DNA from: Planctomycetota bacterium
GTDB lineage: Bacteria; Planctomycetota; B15-G4
Assembly (NCBI GenBank): GCA_965248575.1
Contig: CBDFJQ010000002.1
Coordinates: 3,552,001 to 3,616,000, forward strand
DNA: 64,000 nucleotides
Direction: 5' to 3'
The stretch's first letter is position 1. The number at the start of each line of letters is the position of its first letter. The notes beneath the pieces were generated by a model. The model was not told the DNA's origin. It did no database searches and saw only the letters and a program-made list of their open reading frames with translations. The position numbers and the translations under genes were made by a program. Positions 10,032-18,899 of this stretch are shown here, in pieces.

Positions 10032-11204
10032 ATGAGCGCCTTCCGCGGCCTCGATTACTACCACCTCGACGACATGCTCTCCGAAGAGGAGATCATGGTT
10101 CGTGACATGACCCGTGACTTCGTGACCGCTGAGGTCATGCCGGTGATTGCGGAGGCGTACGAGAACGCGGAGTTCCCGCGCAAGCTCATCAAGCAGGTGG
10201 GCGAGCTGGGGATGTTGGGGGCGAACCTGCCCACGGAGTACGGCTGTGCCGGCCTTGGCCCCATCGCCTACGGCCTCATCTGCCAGGAGCTCGAGCGCGG
10301 CGATTCCGGCCTGCGTAGCTTCGTGTCGGTGCAGGGCAGCCTGGCCATGTGGCCCATCTTCGCCTACGGCACCGAAGAGCAGCGCAAGCGCTGGTTGCCC
10401 GGCATGGCAGCAGGCGACCTCATCGGTTGCTTTGGCCTGACCGAGCCCGACCACGGCAGCGATCCGGGCGGCATGATCACCCGCGCCCGCAAGGACGGCG
10501 ACAGCTGGATCCTCAACGGCGCCAAGATGTGGATCACCAACGGCACCATCGCGGATGTCGCTGTGGTCTGGGCCAAGGACGACGACGGCGTCATCCAGGG
10601 CTTCCTGGTGGAGAAGGGCATGGAGGGCTTCAGCGCCCCCGAGCAAAAGCGCAAGTTCAGCCTGCGCGCCTCCGTCACCAGCGAGCTGGTCTTCGAGGAT
10701 GTGCGCGTGCCGGACAGCAACCGCCTGCCGGGTGTGCACGGGCTCAAGGGCCCCCTCGGTTGCCTGACGCAGGCCCGCTACGGCATCGCCTGGGGCGGCG
10801 TGGGCGCGGCCCTCGCCTGCTACGACGAGGTGCTCGAGTACACCAAGGGCCGGGAGCAGTTCGGCAAGCCCCTGGCGGGTTTTCAGCTGATCCAGGCCAA
10901 CCTGGCCGAGATGGTGACGGAGATCACCAAGGCTCAGCTGGTGGCCTGGCGCCTGGGCAAGCTGAAGGAAGCCAACAAGGCCCGCCCGCAGCACGTGTCC
11001 CTCGCCAAGCGCAACAACATCAAGATGGCCCTCGACATTGCGCGTATGGCGCGCGACATGCTGGGTGCCAACGGTGTGACCGGCGAGTACCAGGCCATGC
11101 GGCACATGTGCAACCTCGAGTCGGTCTACACCTACGAGGGCACGCACAACATCCACACGCTGGTTCTCGGCCACGACGTCACGGGCATCCCGGCCTACAG
11201 CTGA
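10032..11204 (+). CDS. gcdH: Acyl-CoA dehydrogenase, glutaryl-CoA dehydrogenase-like
   Basis: ELERGDSGLRSFVSVQ, CFGLTEPDHGSD, GAKMWITN, NLESVYTYEGT. Confidence 0.85.
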   Translation: MSAFRGLDYYHLDDMLSEEEIMVRDMTRDFVTAEVMPVIAEAYENAEFPRKLIKQVGELGMLGANLPTEYGCAGLGPIAYGLICQELERGDSGLRSFVSVQGSLAMWPIFAYGTEEQRKRWLPGMAAGDLIGCFGLTEPDHGSDPGGMITRARKDGDSWILNGAKMWITNGTIADVAVVWAKDDDGVIQGFLVEKGMEGFSAPEQKRKFSLRASVTSELVFEDVRVPDSNRLPGVHGLKGPLGCLTQARYGIAWGGVGAALACYDEVLEYTKGREQFGKPLAGFQLIQANLAEMVTEITKAQLVAWRLGKLKEANKARPQHVSLAKRNNIKMALDIARMARDMLGANGVTGEYQAMRHMCNLESVYTYEGTHNIHTLVLGHDVTGIPAYS

Positions 11205-11208
11205 TGCC

Positions 11209-12183
11209 ATGAGTGAGCCGGAGCCCGAGTCGGAGACCGCTCAGGCAGCACGCATCGAGGACATGCGAGGCGTGTTCGTGGTGGGCGTGGCGCGCTCTGG
11301 CACGTCGTTGCTGAAGGCCCTGCTCGACGGGCATCCCCAGCTCTGGGTTCCGTCGGCCGAGTCCTTTGCGGTGGATTGGTGCGAGGCCTCGGACCCGGTG
11401 GCAGCCTTTTTGGCGCTGCCGCGTTACGACGCCCTGCTGCCTGAGGGTTCGGATGCGCGGCGAGAGGTGGAGCGGGTCCTGCGCGCGGAGTTCGCCCCCG
11501 GTCAAGGTGCTCCCCGGGCCGTGCTGGCATTCTTGAAGGCCATGGCCAGGGTGCAGGCGCCAGCCGTCAGCGCCACGCATTGGGTAGAGAAGACGCCCAA
11601 GCACCTGCGTGCGGTGCCGGACTTCCTCAAGAGCTTCGGTGGCCGGGCGCGGGTGGTGTGCGTGGTGCGCGACCCCCGGGCCGTGTTGGCGAGCCAGGCC
11701 AAGCGCTGGGAACGGGGGCGTACGCCTGAGGGCATGCGCCACTTCGCCCGGCGTTGGGCCACCGGCGATGCCCTCACCCGCGAGTACCAGCGGCGTGCGA
11801 CGCAAGCGGGCTTCGGCTTCATGGCGGTGCGCTACGAGGACCTCGTGGCCCAGCCCGAGGCGATCATGCGCGAGGTGGCGACGCATCTGGACATCCCCTG
11901 GGACCCCATGCTGGTGGCACCCACCCGGGGTGGAACGGCCTGGGGCGGCAATTCCAGCTACGGCACGGACGGTGCTCCCTCGCAGATCTCCGATGTGTCC
12001 TTGCGGCGTTACGAGCAAGAGCTGCCTGCGTCCATTGTCACCGGAGTCTCGCGGCTGCTGGCCCGACGCATGGAGGCATGGGGTTATGAGCCTGGGTGCG
12101 CAGCTGCCGGCCCGGCCCGCTGGTGGGTGGAGTTGTCCACGGCCCAAGCGGTGAGCCGCACCCGGCGTCGCTGGCAGCGCTGA
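11209..12183 (+). CDS. Sulfotransferase family protein
   Basis: GVARSGTSLL (5'-PSB loop), WVEKTP, VRDPRAVLAS (3'-PB), RYEDLV. Confidence 0.85.
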   Translation: MSEPEPESETAQAARIEDMRGVFVVGVARSGTSLLKALLDGHPQLWVPSAESFAVDWCEASDPVAAFLALPRYDALLPEGSDARREVERVLRAEFAPGQGAPRAVLAFLKAMARVQAPAVSATHWVEKTPKHLRAVPDFLKSFGGRARVVCVVRDPRAVLASQAKRWERGRTPEGMRHFARRWATGDALTREYQRRATQAGFGFMAVRYEDLVAQPEAIMREVATHLDIPWDPMLVAPTRGGTAWGGNSSYGTDGAPSQISDVSLRRYEQELPASIVTGVSRLLARRMEAWGYEPGCAAAGPARWWVELSTAQAVSRTRRRWQR

Positions 12184-12327
12184 GCGGGCAAACTCGCCCC
12201 AACTCGTCCCAGGTCCCGTGAGTGTTCCGGGCAGGATGGCGAGTTAGGCTGTGTCCAGGTCTGGGCGATGGCCGCATTGGGTTGTGGAACCTCCATTTGC
12301 CCGGCGGATGTGCCGATAGGAACTCCC

Positions 12328-15300
12328 ATGCGGGCAGTTTTGCTTCTCGGTCTTCTGCTGTTGTTTTCAGGCGTGCTTGCGACGCCCGTGCCTGCCCAGG
12401 ATCCGGCGGACCTCAGCAGCGACCCCACCATCGTCGACGAGCTCTCCGTCGAGGCCCTCGAGGGGGACATCGAGCGCACGAAGTCGGACGCGAAGCTGGA
12501 CGACGACGACAAGGCGAGCATCGTCGACAAGTACTCCCAGGCCCTGGCGCAGATCCAGAAGCGTGTCGAGTGGACCAATCGCCAAGACGAGGACCTCCGC
12601 CTGCAGGAGGAAGCCCCGGGACAGCTGCTGGCCATCCAGGAGCAGCTCGCGGAGGAGCCCGAGGAGTTGGCCGTCGAGGTTCCGGAGGGTGCCGAGTTCC
12701 GACAGCTGCAACAGCTGCTCGACCAGGCGACCGCCGATCTCGCTGCCGCCCAGAAGCAAAGTGAGAGCCTCGAACTTGAGCAGCGCACCCTGACGGAGCG
12801 CCGTTCGGACTTGCCGACCCGGCTGTCCGAGGCACGCGGCCGTCTCGCAGAAGTCGAGGCCGAGCTAGGGGTCCTGCCCGACTCGGCTGAGGATTCCGAA
12901 CTCGACCGTGCCGTCCGGCTTTCGATCCTCGCCCGACGGGCGGCGGTGGAGGCGGAGATCGGTGCCTACGAGCAAGAGGTGGCGAGCCTCGGTGCCCGGG
13001 ACGACCTGATTTCCGCGCGGCGCAACGAGGCCTCGCGCAACGTGACCCTGCTCGACCGCCACGCGAAAGCCTGGCGCGAGCGGGTCAACGAGCAACGTCG
13101 ATTGGATTCAGAGGCCGACGCCCAGGCAGCCCAGACCGCCTTGGATGACACCTCTGAGGGCCAGGACGTCCTCAAGCCCCTGGCTGAGTACAACGGGCAG
13201 CTGGCCGCCGAACGCCGGGACAACCTGGGCTCCAAGATCGAGCAGGTCGCCCTGCGCCTGGATGAGGTGAGTGAGACGCTCCAGGAGCTGCGCAAGCGCT
13301 TCGAAAGCGTCCAGTCCAAGTACAAGGTCGCCGGGCACACGCCCACCATCGGGCTGCTCCTGAAAGACCACCAGGACAGCTTGCTCGACGTGCGCGAGTA
13401 CCGCGCCACGACGGAACGGCGCAACGCCGAGCTGGGCGCCATCCAGCTGCAACAGATCGACTACGTGGAGCAGGCCGACGAGCTGGTCGACATGGACCGC
13501 GAAGTCGAGCGCTTCATGCTCTCGTTGGAGGAACCTCCTCTCGAGGAGGATCGCGTTGGTGCGGAGGCGGCGGTCCGGGAGCAGTTGAAGATCCGGCAGG
13601 GCATCCTGAGCGCCTTGCTGGAGGACTACAGCACCTACATCGATGGGCTCATCGACCTCTCCATCGTGGAGGAGGAGCTGATCGGGGAGACGGTGCTGTT
13701 CAAGGCCTACATCGATGAGCGTGTGCTGTGGGTGCGTATTGCGCCGCCCCTGCACACGGCCTTCTTCGAGACCTGGGACAAGACCCAGCAGGCGGTGGCC
13801 TGGCTGTTCGACGCACGCAGCTGGGGAAGCCTTGTTGCGGAGGTGCCGGCGACAGTCCAGGGAGACCCGTTAGGCATCGCGGCGCAGCTCCTGTTGGTGG
13901 TGCTGCTCGTCTTCACCCGGCCGCTCATGCGCCGCCGAATCGCCGATGATGCCTATCTGCTCGGTCGCATTCGCACGGACCGGTTCATTCACACGGTGCG
14001 CACGACGATCCTGACCACCTTGCTCGCCTCCGGCCCGCCCCTGGTGGTCTGGTTTGCGGCTGGGCTTGTGGACTCGAGTGCCGGGGACGTCGCGGTATTC
14101 GGACGATCCGTGGCTGCAGGCCTGCGTTTGTCGGCCCTGGCTTATCTGGCCTGCGAGTTGGTCTGGACCATCTGCCGGAGGCGCGGTTTAGCGGAGGCCC
14201 ACTTCCGCTGGCCCGTGGTGAGCCTGAAGCTGCTGCGCCGGCATGTGCGCTGGCTGATGCTCTTTGGTCTTCCGGTGTTGTTCGTCGTAGGGGCTGTGGA
14301 GGCCCAGGACAACAGCGCCTTCAGCGAGTCCCTGGGGCGCCTGGCCTTCATTGCCGGGCAGCTGCTGCTGGCCATCTTCGTGTACCAGGTGTTGCGGCCG
14401 TCCCACGGCGTGTTGCGCTTCATGCTGGAGCGGCAACCAAACAGCTGGACCAACCGGCTGCGCTTCCTGTGGTTCCCGTTGGCCATGGGCATGCCCATCG
14501 CCCTGATGGGGCTGGCCGTTTTGGGCTACCTATACACGGCGCACCAGTTGCAGACCCGCGCCCTGCTGACGGGTGCCATCATCGTGGGCCTCGTGTTCGT
14601 GCACGCCTTGCTGATGCGTTGGCTGCTCGTGGCACGTCGGCAGTTGGGCTTGCAACAACACCGCAAGCGGCGCGCGGCTGCCCAGGCCGAAGCCGGCGCT
14701 GCGGGCTCGTCCGCCGACGAGTACGCCGAAGAAGAGGACATCGATCTGCCCTCGGTGAGCGCCCAGTCCCAGAGCTTCGTGCAGATCCTGGTGGGCCTCA
14801 GCCTCGTCGCCGGCGTCCTGCTGGTCTGGATCGATGTGCTGCCCGCCCTCAACTTCATCGATGTTCAGCTCTGGACCCACGCCTACGAAGTGGACGTGAA
14901 TGGGGTGACGACCCCAAAGATCGACCCCATCACCCTACGCGATCTGGTGGTCGCCATCGTGCTGCTGATGTTCACCGTTGCGGCGGCGCGCAACCTTCCG
15001 GGCCTGCTCGAGATCTCGATCCTGCAGCGACTGCCTCTGCAGCGGGCCGGTCGCTATGCCATCACGACCATCTCGCGCTACCTCATCAGCGTGATCGGCA
15101 TCGCGGTGGCCTTCGGCGTGATCGGCATCGGCTGGGACACCGTGCAGTGGTTGGCCGCCGCCGTGTTCGTCGGTCTCGGTTTCGGCTTGCAGGAGATCTT
15201 CGCCAACTTCGTCTCGGGCCTGATCCTGCTGTTCGAGCGGCCGATTCGCGTGGGTGACACGGTGACGGTGGGTGAGGTCACGGGGACTGTCACCCGGATC

Positions 15301-15792
15301 CACATGCGCGCCACGACCCTGGTGACCTGGGATCGCACCGAGCTGATCGTGCCCAACCGGGAGTTCATCACGAACCAGCTCGTGAACTGGACGCTGTCCG
15401 ACTCCGTGTTGCGCGTGATCGTGAAGGTCGGCATCGCCTATGGCTCGGACACCCGCGTGGCGGAGCAGCTGCTGCACAAGATCGCAGCGGAGAACGCCGA
15501 CGTGCTTGAGGACCCGAAGCCGCGCGTCATCTTCACCCAGTTCGGGGACAGCACCCTGGACTTTGAGTTGCGGATGTTCGTGACGGATCCCGAACTGTTT
15601 CGGACCATCAGCCACCCGATCAACAACGCCATCGACCGGGAGTTCCGCGCCGCGGGTGTCGAGATCGCCTTCCCCCAGCGGGATCTGCATCTGCGCACCT
15701 CCGGGGTGACGCTGCCCTTCATTCCCGCCGATGCGAGGGTGGAGCACCAGGGCGGCCAGACCGGTGGCCAGACCAGCGGCCAGACCATCTGA
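12328..15792 (+). CDS. mscK: MscK/KefA-type large mechanosensitive channel (MscS family)
   Basis: Signal peptide, long periplasmic coiled coil, multiple TMs, GLGFGLQEIFANFVSGLILLFERPIRVGD, EIAFPQRDLH. Confidence 0.9.
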   Translation: MRAVLLLGLLLLFSGVLATPVPAQDPADLSSDPTIVDELSVEALEGDIERTKSDAKLDDDDKASIVDKYSQALAQIQKRVEWTNRQDEDLRLQEEAPGQLLAIQEQLAEEPEELAVEVPEGAEFRQLQQLLDQATADLAAAQKQSESLELEQRTLTERRSDLPTRLSEARGRLAEVEAELGVLPDSAEDSELDRAVRLSILARRAAVEAEIGAYEQEVASLGARDDLISARRNEASRNVTLLDRHAKAWRERVNEQRRLDSEADAQAAQTALDDTSEGQDVLKPLAEYNGQLAAERRDNLGSKIEQVALRLDEVSETLQELRKRFESVQSKYKVAGHTPTIGLLLKDHQDSLLDVREYRATTERRNAELGAIQLQQIDYVEQADELVDMDREVERFMLSLEEPPLEEDRVGAEAAVREQLKIRQGILSALLEDYSTYIDGLIDLSIVEEELIGETVLFKAYIDERVLWVRIAPPLHTAFFETWDKTQQAVAWLFDARSWGSLVAEVPATVQGDPLGIAAQLLLVVLLVFTRPLMRRRIADDAYLLGRIRTDRFIHTVRTTILTTLLASGPPLVVWFAAGLVDSSAGDVAVFGRSVAAGLRLSALAYLACELVWTICRRRGLAEAHFRWPVVSLKLLRRHVRWLMLFGLPVLFVVGAVEAQDNSAFSESLGRLAFIAGQLLLAIFVYQVLRPSHGVLRFMLERQPNSWTNRLRFLWFPLAMGMPIALMGLAVLGYLYTAHQLQTRALLTGAIIVGLVFVHALLMRWLLVARRQLGLQQHRKRRAAAQAEAGAAGSSADEYAEEEDIDLPSVSAQSQSFVQILVGLSLVAGVLLVWIDVLPALNFIDVQLWTHAYEVDVNGVTTPKIDPITLRDLVVAIVLLMFTVAAARNLPGLLEISILQRLPLQRAGRYAITTISRYLISVIGIAVAFGVIGIGWDTVQWLAAAVFVGLGFGLQEIFANFVSGLILLFERPIRVGDTVTVGEVTGTVTRIHMRATTLVTWDRTELIVPNREFITNQLVNWTLSDSVLRVIVKVGIAYGSDTRVAEQLLHKIAAENADVLEDPKPRVIFTQFGDSTLDFELRMFVTDPELFRTISHPINNAIDREFRAAGVEIAFPQRDLHLRTSGVTLPFIPADARVEHQGGQTGGQTSGQTI
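15751..15786 (+). repeat. 12-bp tandem repeat x3 encoding (G/S)GQT at MscK C-terminus
   Basis: ggcggccagacc/ggtggccagacc/agcggccagacc. Confidence 0.8.
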
Positions 15793-15910
15793 GGCGCGCG
15801 GGCGGCTTCCCAGCTGCCCCTCTCTTCAAGGGGTACGAGATCATGAGCGGGCAGTCCGGTACGCTCTGATTGATTGGCCCACACCTGGACGAGACGAGGA
15901 TTCACTGAGC

Positions 15911-16705
15911 ATGCGCGCGATCTTGCTGGCAGCGGGTCGAGGGCGGCGTCTGGAGGCCTCGGGGTGGGTCGATCCCAAGTGCCTGTTGCCCTTCGAAGGG
16001 ACAACCATCCTCGACAACATGCTGGATGCCTTGGTGAGCCATGGCGTGCAGGATGTGACCTTGGTGGTGGGCTACCGGCAGGAGCTCATCCGGGCGGCCG
16101 TCGAGGCGCGGGGCGACTTGCACGCGAGCTGGGTTGAGAACCTCGAGTACGAGACCACCAACACCATCAACTCCCTTTGGCGCGCTCAGGAGTTCATGGG
16201 CGAGGACTTCCTCTACTTCAACGCCGATGTGTTGTTCCACCGGGATGTGGTGGGGCGCTTGTTGGCTGCGCCGGGGAGCCGGCTGGCGGTGGACCACAAG
16301 CGCTGCGCCGAGGAAGAAGTGAAGGTGGTCCAGGATGCCTCGGGTCGAGTGCTCGAAATCGGCAAGAAGCTGGACCCTGCCCGCTGCGCCGGTGAGTTCA
16401 TCGGCATCGCCAAGTTCGAGCAGGGCATGAACGCGGCCTTCATCCAGAGCCTGGAACGGCACAACACCGAGCTCGACAACCAGAACCTGTTCTTCGAAGC
16501 GGCCCTGCACGACATCCTGGATGACCATGACGTGCGCGAGGTCGACGTGAGCGACCTGCCCGCCATCGAGATCGACTTCCCCGACGATTTGGCCCAGGCG
16601 CAGGCCGAGGTCGCGCCTCGCATCCTGGGGACCGGGGGCGGGGCGGGCGCCGGGGCGTCCGATACTCCCGCTGGTCGAAGCACTGCTGGGGACGGTCAGC
16701 AGTGA
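15911..16705 (+). CDS. NTP transferase, phosphocholine/phosphonate cytidylyltransferase (LicC-like) family
   Basis: ILLAAGRGRRL, PKCLL, NxxYxxTNTINSL, GEFIGIAKF, EIDFPDDL. Confidence 0.8.
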   Translation: MRAILLAAGRGRRLEASGWVDPKCLLPFEGTTILDNMLDALVSHGVQDVTLVVGYRQELIRAAVEARGDLHASWVENLEYETTNTINSLWRAQEFMGEDFLYFNADVLFHRDVVGRLLAAPGSRLAVDHKRCAEEEVKVVQDASGRVLEIGKKLDPARCAGEFIGIAKFEQGMNAAFIQSLERHNTELDNQNLFFEAALHDILDDHDVREVDVSDLPAIEIDFPDDLAQAQAEVAPRILGTGGGAGAGASDTPAGRSTAGDGQQ

Positions 16706-17793
16706 CCGATGTGGCGTTCCGGGCCAAACGGCCCATGAACTACGAGATGTTCCGGCCCTACCACGAGCGGCTCCTGGCGGACTCGCGCATGAAGGTGCTG
16801 CTCTACGGAAAGTCCGTGGGGCGTTCGGATGCCAGCCTGTTCGACAAGGCTGGTGCGCTGCCCGCCCGGCGGCGCCCCAACTGGTTGGTGAAGTTCACCC
16901 GACCGGAGGTGCTCTTCTCGGCGGACTTCCTGCTGGCGAGCAAGCGGGCGCGCACGAGCATCCAGATCTTCCACGGCGTCTCCATCAAGAACTACTTTCT
17001 CAACGAGCGCATCCACGACTACGACCACGTGTTCGCCACGGGGCCGTACATGATCCGGCGCTACGTGGAGCGGGGTTTCTTCGAGCAGGGCGACCCCAAG
17101 CTCATGCACGTGGGCCTGCCCAAGACGGACCGGCTGACGGACGGCACCCTCAGCCGCTCGGAGTTCCTGCAGAGCCACGGCCTGGACCCGGCCCTGCCCA
17201 CGGTGCTCTACGCGCCCAGCTGGGGTCAGGAGAGCTCCTTGGACCGCATGGGCGAGGAGCTGCTGCGTTGCCTGGCGGGGCTGCCCACCAATGTCCTGGT
17301 GAAGCTGCACGACAACGCCTACGACCCGCGCTACGCCCAGCGGGATTGGCGCGCCCTGCTGGACGAGCTGAGCGGCCCGCGCTTCGCCGCGCCCGACACG
17401 TTTGACGTCATCCCCTACATGCACGCCGCCGACCTGATGGTCACGGACATCTCCTCCGTGGCCTTCGAGTGGCTCCAGGTGGATCGGCCGCTGGTCTTCA
17501 TGACCTTCCCCGACCAGTTGCAGCGTTGGGATGGCAAGGCGGACCTCGACACATGGGGGCGACGGATCGGCCGCGAATGCCACGCTGTCGAGGACCTGCC
17601 GGGCATCATCGAGGGCGAGCTGGCGCAGCCGGAGCGGCTGGGCCCGATTCGTCGCGAGGCCTGCAGCGACATCTACTTCCACGTGGGCTGCTCGACGAAC
17701 GCCGCCATGCGCGAGTTCTACGGCATCCTGGGTCGTGAGCTGCCGCCGGGGGTGTTGCGCGAGGAGACAGCAAGGGCGGGCGGCAACAGGTAG
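16702..17793 (+). CDS. CDP-glycerol glycerophosphotransferase (TagB/TagF-like) family protein
   Basis: QIFHG, GLPKTD, LYAPSW, KLH, ADLMVTDISSVAFE motifs. Confidence 0.85.
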   Translation: MTDVAFRAKRPMNYEMFRPYHERLLADSRMKVLLYGKSVGRSDASLFDKAGALPARRRPNWLVKFTRPEVLFSADFLLASKRARTSIQIFHGVSIKNYFLNERIHDYDHVFATGPYMIRRYVERGFFEQGDPKLMHVGLPKTDRLTDGTLSRSEFLQSHGLDPALPTVLYAPSWGQESSLDRMGEELLRCLAGLPTNVLVKLHDNAYDPRYAQRDWRALLDELSGPRFAAPDTFDVIPYMHAADLMVTDISSVAFEWLQVDRPLVFMTFPDQLQRWDGKADLDTWGRRIGRECHAVEDLPGIIEGELAQPERLGPIRREACSDIYFHVGCSTNAAMREFYGILGRELPPGVLREETARAGGNR

Positions 17794-17833
17794 GATCCGA
17801 AGCCAGACCGAGTCCGAGGGAACGCACAGCGGC

Positions 17834-18877
17834 ATGAGCAGCCCGGCATTGGGAAAGAGCACGGCCCCCATCTTCGTGGTGGGCCACCCCCGCTCGGGGA
17901 CGACGCTGCTGCGCCTGATCCTCAACGCCCACTCGCGCATCGTGATTCCGCCTGAGGCGCACGTCGTGAGTTTCCTGCGGCGCTGCGAGTCCAAGTTCGG
18001 TCCCTTGGTGAACGAAGCCAACCGGCGGCGCATCGTGGAGCGCCTGGTCGCCAAGCGCCGCATGCAGGAATGGGGCCTGGACCCGGAGGCGATGTACAGC
18101 CGCTGCATGGAGGCCGAGCCCCAGACCCCCGGCGGGCTCTTCGCGGCGCTCATGTCCCTGTGGGCCGAGAAGGAGCACAAGCCGCGCTGGGGCGAGAAGA
18201 CTCCGGGCACCTATCGCTTCCTTTCGGACGTCAACGGCTGGTTCCCCGACTGCCAGGTGATCCACATCGTGCGCGATGGGCGGGACGTGGCCGTGAGCTG
18301 CCTGACGCCACCGTTCGCGGACCTGTACGACAAGGGCAACGTCTACGAGGTGGCCGTGCGCTGGCGACACGCCATCCACTGCTGCCGGCGGGCACGCCGC
18401 ACCCTGGGCCCCAGCCGCTTCCTAGAGATCCGCTACGAGGACCTGACGACGGACCCAGAGGGCGTGGTGCGCAAGCTCTGCGCCTTCCTGGGGGAGGCGT
18501 TCGAAGAGGGCATGCTCGACTACCACAAGTCGGCCACCACGCACGTGTCCCGGGGCGACAAGTCCTTCCACCAGCGCACGCAACAGTCTGTGAACCGAGG
18601 CCGGGTCGAACGCTGGCGCACCGACGCCAAGCCCGAGTTCGTGGCGGGTTTCGAGGGCGTGGCAGGTAGCGAGCTGGAGGCTTTCGGCTACCCGCTCAGT
18701 GGCATCACGCCGCCCACCCGGCAACAGGTGCGCATCCTCTACGAGAAGCTGCGGCCGCGACGGCTTGTCAAGAACTACAAGCCGCCAGGGGGTGAGAGCG
18801 CGGAGAAGCGACCACCTCAGCCGCCGAGTCCGCCCGAGACACCGCCCTCGAGCGCCGAGTCCAACTCACCCTCCTGA
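17834..18877 (+). CDS. Sulfotransferase family protein
   Basis: GHPRSGTTLL, WGEKTP, IVRDGRDVAVS, RYEDL. Confidence 0.9.
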   Translation: MSSPALGKSTAPIFVVGHPRSGTTLLRLILNAHSRIVIPPEAHVVSFLRRCESKFGPLVNEANRRRIVERLVAKRRMQEWGLDPEAMYSRCMEAEPQTPGGLFAALMSLWAEKEHKPRWGEKTPGTYRFLSDVNGWFPDCQVIHIVRDGRDVAVSCLTPPFADLYDKGNVYEVAVRWRHAIHCCRRARRTLGPSRFLEIRYEDLTTDPEGVVRKLCAFLGEAFEEGMLDYHKSATTHVSRGDKSFHQRTQQSVNRGRVERWRTDAKPEFVAGFEGVAGSELEAFGYPLSGITPPTRQQVRILYEKLRPRRLVKNYKPPGGESAEKRPPQPPSPPETPPSSAESNSPS

Positions 18878-18899
18878 GCAGCCGGGCCAGGTGCCGGGC

